Shown piece by piece: positions 37,776-48,277 of a stretch of DNA of 64,000 bases. A model generated the notes under the pieces. It did no database searches and was not told the origin of the DNA. It saw only the letters and a list, made by a program, of their open reading frames with translations. Source of the DNA: Podospora anserina (taxonomy: Eukaryota); the NCBI GenBank assembly GCA_017654855.1, contig JAFMPO010000001.1, positions 496,001 through 560,000 of the forward strand, given 5' to 3'. A program made the position numbers and the translations under genes. Numbering within the stretch: the first letter of the stretch is position 1; each line of letters starts with the position of its first letter.

Positions 37776-39564
37776 TGTTTGTGCCTATGCAGGGTACTTT
37801 CAGATGGTTGATATGTGCAGGTGCTGAACCGAACAATAGTTGATGACCCTGTTGAGCCAGAGAGATAGTACCGAAGGTAGCCGTTGGCTCTTTCCTGAAA
37901 GATGAGGTCAATATTCAGACGAAAATATTCTGTTGAGAGATAGACGTCATCAAACACCCATACTAGTCTTATGACTTACCTTTCAGACGAAAAGGAGATT
38001 GCCAGAGGTCGGCAAGATATGCCAGCAGAGTGCTGACTAGAACAGGGCTGTGACTCCTGATAGCTGTTAATAGGGGTATACAACAAGTACAGGATGTTTG
38101 TTCGCACAACTTACAGACAATATGAGTGCAGTTATGTGCTGCATCTCAAAGCCAGACGACCTCGAAGGGCTTTCAGCAAGTTGCTGAAGTCGGTACAGAG
38201 AGGCCACCGGAACACTAGAGGTACTACGCAACAATAGTCGAGCTGGTTAGTAGCAGGTTTCTTTCGTCCCATCTTTGGGGCAGGCGACTCACTAAACCCA
38301 AGACTAGAATTTCTAGATTTCAGACAAGCGACTTGCAAGACAACTCTGACTAATACAGGATCTGTTAGTAACGTAGAGATATTAAAAGCCAATACTAATT
38401 GACTTTTATTGGACATAGTGGACTTACCAAGTGCACAAAAGGGCCAAAAGGTCGCAAAAAGTCGCGGAGACTCGCGAAAAGTCGAAAAGAATCTCCCAAA
38501 ATGGGGTCTTTCGACTCGACTCAGGACGACTTGCCACAAGAAAACCGAAACCCAGACGATACGATTGGCAAGGTGGAAGGCGATGTGGTTTACCAGACAG
38601 GAATAGCGAAAGGGATTGCAAGTTGATACTTTTCAACGATATAGTATCCTTGTTTGATCTGATAATTGGTAGTGGTGAAGAGAGGTAAGAGAGAAGAGAA
38701 ACCAAGATTAATTCCTTGGGAAATTTACGTGGGCTCCAATATGGCAGGTGGATGGATCGGCCCCGCGTGTCCAGGACCCGCGTGTACAATATTTTGGAAT
38801 TGCACGGAAAGCTCAAGTAAAGGAGGGCAGGCAGAGCAAAGTGGGTGGGAACACAATGTTGTGATCTTCATGCTCCCTCTCAGCATTGCTGGCTTCGATG
38901 TCCATGAGGCGACAAGGGACCATGTAATGGTGGATATATCTTCAGAGTGTCACTGTTGCTTAAGCCGGGCAGCGAGGGAAGAAAGCCAAGTATGTTCACT
39001 CAATGGGCTTGAGGAAAGAGGACTGGAGATGGAGTGTGGTCCGTGCGTGGTGGTTGTCACTCAGGGGTTTATTTACATCGTCATCAAAACATCACGTAGA
39101 GGCCGAGATAGAGCAGGCTGGTTGCAAACCAGATACACTGTGCAGGGCTCTAGACACATGAGATGGTCGTGATGGTGTAATTTTAGATAAGGCACAATAT
39201 CGTAAGATACACAAATCAGGAGACCAAGAATTTGCTCTTCAGGGCTTGCAACCACCGCCGATTCCCTTGCTAGTGGGGCAGGCCAGCCGCAATGATTCAG
39301 AGGTAGAAACTCAACATAGAGTTTCCTTTTGATAGCCCGATACAGCATATCTAGTATATTCGGACTGCCTTAGCTACCGGTCTTCTTGACCTGAAAGGGC
39401 AACAGAATCACAACGAGCGGTGCATGTTCAAACACCAGTTTGAAACTAGGACGTCGTTGATTTTAATCGCTGGTTAATTAAGCATCTTATGTGCTCTGAC
39501 AATACACTTGGGCATTCACTCTTGGAACCCCATGAAGCACTGAGCGCCATAACATCTATGCAAC

Positions 39565-41301
39565 TCAAAACTCCCATACCAACACAATGACAGAGTCCAC
39601 ATCCGACTTCTCCTCCTCTTTACTACCAATTCCCTTCTCATTAACATACGCCTGCCAGACTTCCTTGCCATCATCACGCACTTCAGCGCTAACAAGCCGC
39701 CAGGTCTTGGTCTTTCCACCCCTCCAAGCTATTTTCTGGCCCTCACCAACCGACGACGTTGAATGGACGGCGATTTTGTCAGCCACTTCGCCTCCACCAC
39801 TTTTGTTCTGGAATCCTTTTTGCTGTGTCATCTTTTGGGAGGACATCTGAACCTCGATTCTGCGCGGGTAGGCTGTGATACTGTGCCCATTAATGAGAGC
39901 CCAACTGTCTGCGAACAAGAACCTTTGAAGGTAACATTCCTCGCCGCAGACATTGCTGACAAGATGACCTTTCGCTGAAAATTTGAAAGGATCCTTGTCC
40001 GTGCGCAAAACCAGTGGCCGGCCACTCACCTTCTGGCCTTGGTTTCCCTCACCAGGAAGATAGCCACCGCCACCCACAAGGACCTGCATCTTGAGGTATC
40101 TTTCTTGCTCCAAACACTTGTAAAGTGTCTCCCCCCAATTGCTGTCAGCCTTCACCTCATCATTCCCACCCTTTCCACCAGCCTGAAAGCACATCAACTG
40201 ACCAACTGTATCTAGTGCTGAAGGACTCATCACAACTGCCCCTCCTCCATATGTGATCTGCTTCCCATTTTCATCATCTGCCCAGTCCTCTTTCTCGGTC
40301 GGCAATCCCACAAACCACTCTCCTTCATCCTCAAATCTTGTATCCATTTCCCAAACCAACTTCCTCAAATTCGGTATGAACACCTTCTCATCCACTACCG
40401 CGAACCATCTTCTCGTCTTCCCAGCTCCAACCTCCCCCTTTCCAAACCTCGACATCAACAGCCTCTGAAACAACTGCGCATAGACACCCCCTTTATACCG
40501 ATCACTATCTTTCCCTTCCCTCTGCTCGACAACAAACACCGTCCCATCAATCCCAGCCTGCCACAACCTAGCCTTCACCTCCACAACTTCCGACTCAGTT
40601 GCCTTGCTCAACACCAATAGCAACCCCGCTCCATTTGACCTCCTCTTCTCCTTCCTCTCTCTCTCCGCACTATGATTTGTCAAAAACCCCGCCCAGTCCC
40701 TCACAAGCCCAAAATCATCCCTCGACACCCTCTCATAATCCGACGCAATCCCAAACAGCACCTCCCCCGGATCCCCCATGTCGTCCCTGGGAACGTCAAC
40801 CGGCACCTCCACCACCCCCGGAACCGGCAACCTTGTCTCTTGCTTCAACGTCTCCCCGTTGTCGTTTCTTCCCTCCCCAGCAGCCGGCGGCGTCAAATCT
40901 ACCCTCGCAAACCCGTGCCCCTCCAAAAAACCCCTGCCTACCCTCCTAATCTTCCCCTCCCCCACCGCCCCCTCCTTGCTTTCCACAACCCTAACTCTCT
41001 TACTCAACACCGCCACCTCCCCTTGCAACCCAGGCAAGCCCCTTACATACTCTAGCATCTCCCTCCCAAGCTCCTCCCTGCTCTTGACAGGAACAAGCCC
41101 CTCCTCAGTCGTCTTCCAACCCGGTGAAGCCCCCTGCAACAGGTGATGACGATGTCCATCTCGTCCACGGGACCACGCCCTCCCAATTTGCATGATCATC
41201 ACCAGCGTTGTGCAGGCTATGCAAGCCAGCACTGTCAACCGCAGGATTCTGGTTCGGCCGTAGGAGACCGCCATGCGGGGGAGGCGGTGATGTGGTGCCA
41301 T
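39565..41301 (-). CDS. Glycosyltransferase family 31 (Fringe-like) type II membrane protein with degenerate catalytic motifs
   Basis: N-terminal TM segment. VLFGIASDYERV, WFAVVDEKVF, YGGGAVVMS and CGEECYLQRFLF...LINGHSITAYP match the fungal GT31 layout. Confidence 0.75.
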   Translation of the reverse strand: MAPHHRLPRMAVSYGRTRILRLTVLACIACTTLVMIMQIGRAWSRGRDGHRHHLLQGASPGWKTTEEGLVPVKSREELGREMLEYVRGLPGLQGEVAVLSKRVRVVESKEGAVGEGKIRRVGRGFLEGHGFARVDLTPPAAGEGRNDNGETLKQETRLPVPGVVEVPVDVPRDDMGDPGEVLFGIASDYERVSRDDFGLVRDWAGFLTNHSAERERKEKRRSNGAGLLLVLSKATESEVVEVKARLWQAGIDGTVFVVEQREGKDSDRYKGGVYAQLFQRLLMSRFGKGEVGAGKTRRWFAVVDEKVFIPNLRKLVWEMDTRFEDEGEWFVGLPTEKEDWADDENGKQITYGGGAVVMSPSALDTVGQLMCFQAGGKGGNDEVKADSNWGETLYKCLEQERYLKMQVLVGGGGYLPGEGNQGQKVSGRPLVLRTDKDPFKFSAKGHLVSNVCGEECYLQRFLFADSWALINGHSITAYPRRIEVQMSSQKMTQQKGFQNKSGGGEVADKIAVHSTSSVGEGQKIAWRGGKTKTWRLVSAEVRDDGKEVWQAYVNEKGIGSKEEEKSDVDSVIVLVWEF

Positions 41302-42098
41302 CTTGGTGGATGGGCAACTATCAAATTGATAATGATGTTTTAAAAGGATGAATAGCTTGGACGTAAGCGGTCAACCAGACAAGGCAAAGAAGAAACCGTG
41401 CTGCCGCCGCTGACGAAAAGAGGCCGGCAAGTGCATCAACGATCGGTAACCAGCGATTGGATGGGTATCATCTCGTAAGGCCGAATCATTGGCTGCGAGT
41501 GCGATGGGACTTTGTTTTGGCTACACTGCAGTTGAGTTGCAAAAGGCACGACGTCTGTCTCAGTAGGAAATTCTGCTCAGATTGAAAGAAATGGCTGTAA
41601 AAGTGAAGTCACTTGCTTTGTTTGACCTCGTGGCCGCTTCGAGCTTGGCATTATCAATGACGGAACGTTCCCCCCGTTTTGGGGAAATGGTCTTACAGCG
41701 GGCACCTCCTGAGCCTGGAAATCAGCCTGAACTTTGCAGAATCACGGGAAGAGCATGAAAAGGAGCACATAACGTACATAAAATCGTGTTGACAACTTTC
41801 AAGATTACCCTCCCGATTATAGCAGCTCGCTGCAGAATATCTATACCTCCAACCAGTTTCGCATAATAGCTTCAACACAGACAAAAAACAAACAGTCTCA
41901 ATTTCCTCATCACACAGATACCTCCACTTAGGCCTTCTCCTCTTCAAATACATCTGAGAGGGCACAAATTTCCATACATTGCCAAATGCCCAACATATGA
42001 AAGACAATCACTAACATGCTTCAGGATATTTGTAGCAGTCTGACATCCCCACCTCTCTCTGTGCAGTATCGCAAATACACGCCAAAAGGACCCGATAA

Positions 42099-43016
42099 CT
42101 ACTGCTTGTCCTGGCTCGGTTGCGACTGTGGTTGAACCGACATGACAAAATGGGCGGACGGATCAGGACATATCATCGGCGCTTTTTCTCCAATCCATGG
42201 TGCTGCTTGGGTCGTGTAGGACTCGGGCATGTTAGCCAGGACAATGGATTTGGCTTTCTGGTATCGTGCAAAGCAATCGCTGAGAATATCGTCGACGGTC
42301 TGGTGTTGTTCGACAATGCCCGTATCAAGGAGTTCCTGTCACCAAACTGGGTTAACCAAGGGCTCAAGACAGGCAAAGCGGCCACAAACCTTGAGAAAAT
42401 CTTCAACCTTGACGAACTCAACTTTGTCCAAACGATAGCGATCAGGCAACCCACTGTTGTGCATAAGAGCGAGTATTCCAGCATCGACAGTGTTGATGGC
42501 GGCCAGCACAGTAACCGGGGTGCCGTCGGTCGTCTGGAACGAGCCAAGGGCTGTCAAAACAGCTCCAAGGATGATCTGAAGAAGCATGAGAAGCCAGCGC
42601 AGGACGCTCAGGATGTGATAAGAGTAGAAGTATTTGGTTCGCTGGGTGACGATATCTCGGTAAAGGCCTTCTGGAAGACCCTTCGGCGGCCAATACCAGG
42701 AAGAAGGGTGGACGACCTGGTGCGTTTCTCCCTCCCTGATTGCCCCGAGTCCATGAGCTACACGAGCCCACTCAGCTGGAGTCAAGAAGCGGTGCGGAAT
42801 GTTTGTGCCTGGCTTTTGGCGTCCCTGTCCCTGTGGAGGTCTCGAAGTGACCGGGTTGCCACTTCCGGGACGGCCCGTAGCAACTGGGATGCCAGAGGGT
42901 TTGTCGGATTTGTAAAAGCTCTCGCCTGTTTCTGATCGCTGGTCGCCTTTCAGGCCGTGAAGACTCAGGCGACTGGGGTCTCTGGAGAGAGAGGCCATGC
43001 CTTGGGAAATGGACAT
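42099..43016 (-). CDS. SLATT (SMODS/SLOG-associated 2TM) fungal-type domain protein; intron 42336-42389
   Basis: GLYRDIV, two TM helices (LLMLLQIILGAVLTALG; VTVLAAINTVDAGILALM), GLPDRYR, then FLK|ELLDTG...CFARYQKAK...NMPESY. Recognised by pattern only. Confidence 0.75.
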
Positions 43017-43773
43017 GGAAAGGAGGGGAAAATACAAAATATTAACAGAGTCCTGTTGGAGAGAATCAACAAGTCGCCAAATGCCCAAAACAGCTGGTTA
43101 CAGCAGAGGTAGGAGGTCGAGTGTAGTCAAGAAACCAACCTCTGGCAATCAAATCAGTCGGGCGTGTCCATTTTGCCCAGGCATGTTTGTCAAGCACAGC
43201 TGGCGACGGAAACTGGACAAGAGGAAAGCGCGAAGAAGGGACCATCTATCGCTTCGGAGCCGACGAAGGGAAGTGAGACCGAAAGGGAAGGCTTTGAAGT
43301 AGGATGTCGAAACACCACAGTTCAAAGGCGGCTCCTTCTAAGTCTCAGAGACTCAACAGACGGTCCAGCTTTTTGAGAAGCAACCACCAGCTGGCGGGAG
43401 AAGTTGCAGGCGCGTCATTGCATGATCTGATCTGAGGAGGCAGCATGAAACAAGCCCAGATCTGACAACTCATTTCCCAACCCGTTTTTAGCAGCAGTAT
43501 TGGACCTGAGGTTAGAACTGAGGTCATCAAGCTTCTCGGTAAAGCAACTCTTTGGACTGCTTGCCATATGATGATGATGGCGACAGAGGCAGGAACCTTG
43601 ATGGCTGGTTAGAAAGGGGAAAGTGGGGTGGAGCTTGGAATCAAGGTGGGATGGCTCACCGCCTGGCAGAATCACAAAAATGTTGGTGGCTCAGGGTCCA
43701 GGCAAGTCTCTTGTCAGAGGAATAATGAATTGACAGCTCCGCTCGCGACTTACATGGCAGTAACTTGTCACCG

Positions 43774-45900
43774 ATGCGCCTGAGCCTGTTCTCGGCCTCC
43801 TATCGATCCATAGTCGGCAATTTCTACCGACCACGACGATCATACTACCTGCCTCACGTCTCGGCCTTCCCCCTGTTTAAACGCACCCACAGCGTTCTTT
43901 GCGCCATGTCCGACGACGAGCTTCCGGGCCTCGATGCCACGCCGGCCAACGGCCAGAGAATCAAGCACGACAACGTGATCTATACCACAGTGAAGGAAGG
44001 GCTCGCGCATATTCTCGTCCCCGAACAGAAAGATGCCAAGGATGGCCAGGAGGTGCAACAGGTCTTTTACAACCCAATCCAGCAATTCAACCGAGACTTG
44101 ACAGTTCTGGCGATGAAGGCATATGGAAAGGAAAAGGTGAAGCAGAAGAAAGTCGCGAGCGAAGCAAGGAGTGGCAAGTTTGCCGAGAAGAAGAGAAAAC
44201 GAAAGGAGCAGACGCAGAGCGAACGGCCTGCAAAGTCTCCTAAACTCGGTGATGATGCTGGCGCCGAGGAGGCTGTCGACGAGTCTGCAGTTGCGCCAGC
44301 GGACACTGAGATGCCGGATGCGAAGGAGCCGGAGCCCGCAATCCCCGAACAAGATAAGGAACTGGGGGCTCAGCCAAGCAATGGTGCTGATGCTGCGAAA
44401 GAGAAGAAGAGCTCTGGCGTGGAATTCACAATATTGGACGCTTTGTCTGCCAGCGGCCTTCGTGCTTTGCGCTATGCCCACGAAATCCCATTCCTCACCA
44501 AAGTAACCTCGAATGATCTCTTGAAGGTGGCCACCGAGTCAATCCAGCGCAATGCCATCCACAATGGCTTGGCTGACAAGATCAGTGTTTCCCACGACGA
44601 TGCCCTTGCTCATATGTACTCGGTGGTTGTCGACGAGCTTCGCAAGCGCAGTGGGCGTGCTGGGAAGGCGATTATTGCCAGCAACAAGTACGACGTTATC
44701 GATCTTGACCCTTATGGAAGCGCTGCTCCGTTCCTTGATGCCGCTGTTCAAGCTATCAGGGACGATGGTGGGCTGCTTTGCGTCACCTGCACAGATTCTG
44801 GCGTTTGGGCCTCCAATGGCTATCCTGAAAAATGCTACGCGTTATACGGCGGTGTTCCGGTGAAGGGTTGGTACAGTCATGAGGTTGGGCTTCGTATTGT
44901 CCTGCATTCTATCGAGACCGCCGCAGCCAAGTACGGCCTCGCAATCGAGCCGCTCCTCTCACTATCAGTCGACTACTACATGAGAGTGTTTGTTCGCGTG
45001 ACTAGGTCGCCAGCTATGGTCAAGTTCCAGGGAGGCAAGAATATGGTGGTTTATAGTTGTGGTGGAGGATGCGGTTCCTGGACCACCCAGCTTCTCATGA
45101 AGAATAAGCCAGCACCAAACAAGAAGGGAAGCGGCATTTTCTACAAGCACGGGTTTACGAAAGCGCCCACAGCGCCACCCCTTTGCGATCACTGTGGCTC
45201 GGTTACCCATCTTGCAGGGCCGATGTATGCAGGCCGGATCCATGACCCTGAGTTCGTTCAAAAGGTCATCGACGAGGCCAACGAGGCCTCACCCGAAATT
45301 TATGGAACACTCCCTAGAGTGAAGGGTATGCTGTACACAGCACTCGAGGAGTTCTTGCCGACTCCCCAAGAAGTCGAAGCTCAAAAGGACAGCGGCAAAT
45401 TGGGCAAGGTGGTCAAGAAGAAGGTTACGGAAGCTGAGCTGGCTGCCATTGACCCTTATCCTTTCTACTTCTACCCTGCACAGGTGGCAGGCCTCATGAA
45501 CTGCCAAAGCCCCCCAGAAGCACATTTGAAGGGCGCTCTTAAAGGTCTCGGGTATCGCGTTACTCGAAGCCATTGCAAGGCTGGCAGCATCAAGACCGAT
45601 GCGCCATGGTCAGTCATCTTCCACGTCTTTCGAGAATGGGTCCGTCAAAAGGCACCTGTCAAGGAAGCCAATATCAAGGAGGGAAGTCTTGCCTGGAGAC
45701 TTTTGCGCTTGGGGGAGAAGCAGGAGACAACCGAAGGGGCCCCGCCGGAACCAACGAAAGTGGACGAGGCGGTTTCCAAGATCACCGAGGTGGTCTTCGA
45801 TGAGGAACTGGGCCGCGAGGAGAATAAGCAGAAGCTTGTGCGATACCAAATGAATCCGAAGGAGAACTGGGGCCCGATGAGCCGAGCCACTGGAAAGTGA
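43774..45900 (+). CDS. TRM1: tRNA (guanine-26-N2,N2)-dimethyltransferase
   Basis: VFYNPIQQFNRDL, ILDALSASGLRALRY, DVIDLDPYGS, GLLCVTCTD, SHCKAGSIKTDAP and C-terminal NWGP. Confidence 0.95.
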   Translation: MRLSLFSASYRSIVGNFYRPRRSYYLPHVSAFPLFKRTHSVLCAMSDDELPGLDATPANGQRIKHDNVIYTTVKEGLAHILVPEQKDAKDGQEVQQVFYNPIQQFNRDLTVLAMKAYGKEKVKQKKVASEARSGKFAEKKRKRKEQTQSERPAKSPKLGDDAGAEEAVDESAVAPADTEMPDAKEPEPAIPEQDKELGAQPSNGADAAKEKKSSGVEFTILDALSASGLRALRYAHEIPFLTKVTSNDLLKVATESIQRNAIHNGLADKISVSHDDALAHMYSVVVDELRKRSGRAGKAIIASNKYDVIDLDPYGSAAPFLDAAVQAIRDDGGLLCVTCTDSGVWASNGYPEKCYALYGGVPVKGWYSHEVGLRIVLHSIETAAAKYGLAIEPLLSLSVDYYMRVFVRVTRSPAMVKFQGGKNMVVYSCGGGCGSWTTQLLMKNKPAPNKKGSGIFYKHGFTKAPTAPPLCDHCGSVTHLAGPMYAGRIHDPEFVQKVIDEANEASPEIYGTLPRVKGMLYTALEEFLPTPQEVEAQKDSGKLGKVVKKKVTEAELAAIDPYPFYFYPAQVAGLMNCQSPPEAHLKGALKGLGYRVTRSHCKAGSIKTDAPWSVIFHVFREWVRQKAPVKEANIKEGSLAWRLLRLGEKQETTEGAPPEPTKVDEAVSKITEVVFDEELGREENKQKLVRYQMNPKENWGPMSRATGK

Positions 45901-46374
45901 TGATGGCTCAGCGGAAGTTGCGGACAAAATAAATTGCATCAACAAGCAGCGCGTGGTTGGTGTCACCGCCATGTCTGACATGTCGGAATCGTGGCTTGTG
46001 TTGGACACGGAATCGCGCAAGGAATACGACATCGAATGGAATTGGCGATGGAGTGGCTGACTGATAGAAACCAGGGGGGTTCCAACTTGCGACTCCTTGA
46101 TTGCCAACTGTTGGTGTCTGGAGAATACTCCGTACTCCACTACCGTTGACCCCACCAAGGAACCACCCGGCAGGATGCTTGATAACGCAATCGGACACCC
46201 GACTCTCGGTTGCGGACGTCGTTGCTTCAAAGGGGTGGTTTGAGTGCAGCTCAAACCCTCTTACACCATCCATCAGTCTGGTGAGCGTTAGAAATCAAAT
46301 ATCCACCTCACAATTAAATTGTCAGTCATAAATTCCACATTTTGCTTGTTTTCGCCCATTTTTCCAAGGTCAAA

Positions 46375-47943
46375 ATGTCGTTCCTTTGCAGGCTCATGCC
46401 CCGAGCCTTCAGAAGGCGCACAGGCGCCAAAATGACTGCCGTTCACATGCCGAGAAATGCTGCCACAGCGACCCAGACGACAACAGCAGCCACATCAACA
46501 CCAGCCAACATCACCAACAGCGATGATCTCAGCCAACTCAACCATGATCAAATTGTGTTCATTCTGCCTGCCACCAGAACAAAAGTCCCCAGTGGCGACG
46601 GTTACTTGATCTACAGCCTCATTGAGGCGTCGCCTGAAACCATCAAAATCGACAATAGTGATGGTGTGGATGAAAAGCAACAGCCCTTCAAGCTCGAGGT
46701 AACACACGCCTCGCAACTACCGAAGGATCCGGACCTCGCCCAGCTCTTACTACCACAACACCCGACAGACGGGGAAGGATCCCAGCTCCCGCCGCCACAT
46801 CTCCGATCGGACACCCACATCATCGTTAGTACCAGATCTGGCATCCGACTGGCTGTTCCCTTTTACGAGGTGGTGCTGAGGCCGTTGTTGGATGCGCTCG
46901 GACTTGAGGATGGCCCAAAGTCCGAGCAGGGTTATCGATATGAGGTGACCATCACGGAAAACGAGCACACAATTCGGGATTTTGCCTCGACACATCTCAC
47001 CAAGGATAGGACGAGAAAGAGGACGATTGTGCTGCTGAGTGGGGATGGAGGGGTGGTGGACTTGCTGAATGGGATTGGGGAGGCGCAGGAGCATCATGAT
47101 ACCAATGAGGTGCCCACTGTTGGGATTTTGCCGTTGGGAACGGGGAATGCGCTTTTTCACAGCTTGCACAAGCTTGAATATGGGAGGTATCCAGAGGGGA
47201 AGGGGCCAAGCTCGTTGGTTTTGGGGCTGAGGACTTTGTTTACGGGGCGGCCGGAGAGGTTGCCGACTTTTAGGGCCGAGTTTTCTAGAGGGGCGAAGTT
47301 GATCGGGGCGCCCAAGCCGATTGTGAAGGACGGGGAGGTGGAGGATGAGGGTGGGAAGGGGTTGAAGGAGGTGGATCATCTTGTGGGCGCGATTGTGGCT
47401 TCTTATGGGTTTCATGCAAGTTTGGTTTGGGAGAGTGATACACCTGCGTATAGGGTTCATGGGGATAAGAGGTTCGGGATGGCGGCGGGTGAGTTGTTAA
47501 AGGAGTCGCATGCCTATGATGCTGATGTCGAAGTGCGGCTGAAGGGTCAGGAGGAATTCAAGCCGTTGGTGAGGAAGGGGAGGGGTGAGGAAGGTGGAAA
47601 ATATGACTATGTGCTGGCAACCATGGTGTCAAACTTGGAGAAAACGTTTACGGTCAGTCCGGATAGCAAGCCGTTCGAGGGACAGCTGAGGTTGGTGCAT
47701 TTTGGGGATGTGGGCGGGGAGAAGACGATGGAGATTATGCAGGCGGCATACAGGGGAGGGGAGCACATCAAGATGGAGGAAGTTGGGTATGAGGAGGTCG
47801 AGGCTGTAAAGGTAGTTATCAAAGAGGAAGATCCTAGGTGGCGGAAGGTGTGCATCGATGGCACTATTGTAGAGGTTGAGAAGGGGGGCTGGATGAAGGT
47901 TAGAAGGGAGAGGGGGGAGAGACTGAAGGTTTTAGTTGCATAA
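46375..47943 (+). CDS. Diacylglycerol/sphingosine kinase catalytic-domain protein
   Basis: IIVSTRSG, LLSGDGGVVDLLNG, LPLGTGNAL and KVCIDG, the DAGK_cat motifs. Start codon uncertain (several ATGs). Confidence 0.82.
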   Translation: MSFLCRLMPRAFRRRTGAKMTAVHMPRNAATATQTTTAATSTPANITNSDDLSQLNHDQIVFILPATRTKVPSGDGYLIYSLIEASPETIKIDNSDGVDEKQQPFKLEVTHASQLPKDPDLAQLLLPQHPTDGEGSQLPPPHLRSDTHIIVSTRSGIRLAVPFYEVVLRPLLDALGLEDGPKSEQGYRYEVTITENEHTIRDFASTHLTKDRTRKRTIVLLSGDGGVVDLLNGIGEAQEHHDTNEVPTVGILPLGTGNALFHSLHKLEYGRYPEGKGPSSLVLGLRTLFTGRPERLPTFRAEFSRGAKLIGAPKPIVKDGEVEDEGGKGLKEVDHLVGAIVASYGFHASLVWESDTPAYRVHGDKRFGMAAGELLKESHAYDADVEVRLKGQEEFKPLVRKGRGEEGGKYDYVLATMVSNLEKTFTVSPDSKPFEGQLRLVHFGDVGGEKTMEIMQAAYRGGEHIKMEEVGYEEVEAVKVVIKEEDPRWRKVCIDGTIVEVEKGGWMKVRRERGERLKVLVA

Positions 47944-48203
47944 GATGCTCCGTCTACTCAGGGGAGCAAGAGTTGCTCTGGATGAGAGTATATATGGCTG
48001 TAACTATGGGAAGTGGTAGGTTCTCAGGAGGCCTGTTGTGTGTTCATACTAGATACTGGAGTTATTAGCTATCCTCGTGTCAAGTGCCCCATTCGTTCAA
48101 GATTTTGGCTTCCATGCTTGCTAAGGTTTGGACTAAATTGCTTGTGTTGTCGTTCGTCTCCACATATATACCAATTTCGCCATCTGATGTATCAACAACT
48201 AAT

Positions 48204-48277
48204 GGTTTCGTGGTGTAGTTGGTTATCACGTCAGTCTAACACACTGAAGGTCTCCAGTTCGAGCCTGGACGAAATCA
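48204..48277 (+). tRNA. tRNA-Val(AAC)
   Basis: Acceptor stem GGTTTCG/CGAAATC, anticodon arm TCAGT-CTAACAC-ACTGA, T arm TCCAG-TTCGAGC-CTGGA and a downstream T-tract. Confidence 0.95.

Noticed and set aside
37043-37957. 304-aa alternative-frame ORF overlapping the orphan gene's first exon
   Set aside because: Non-ATG start and no splice link found. The 37775 frame joins exon 2 cleanly.
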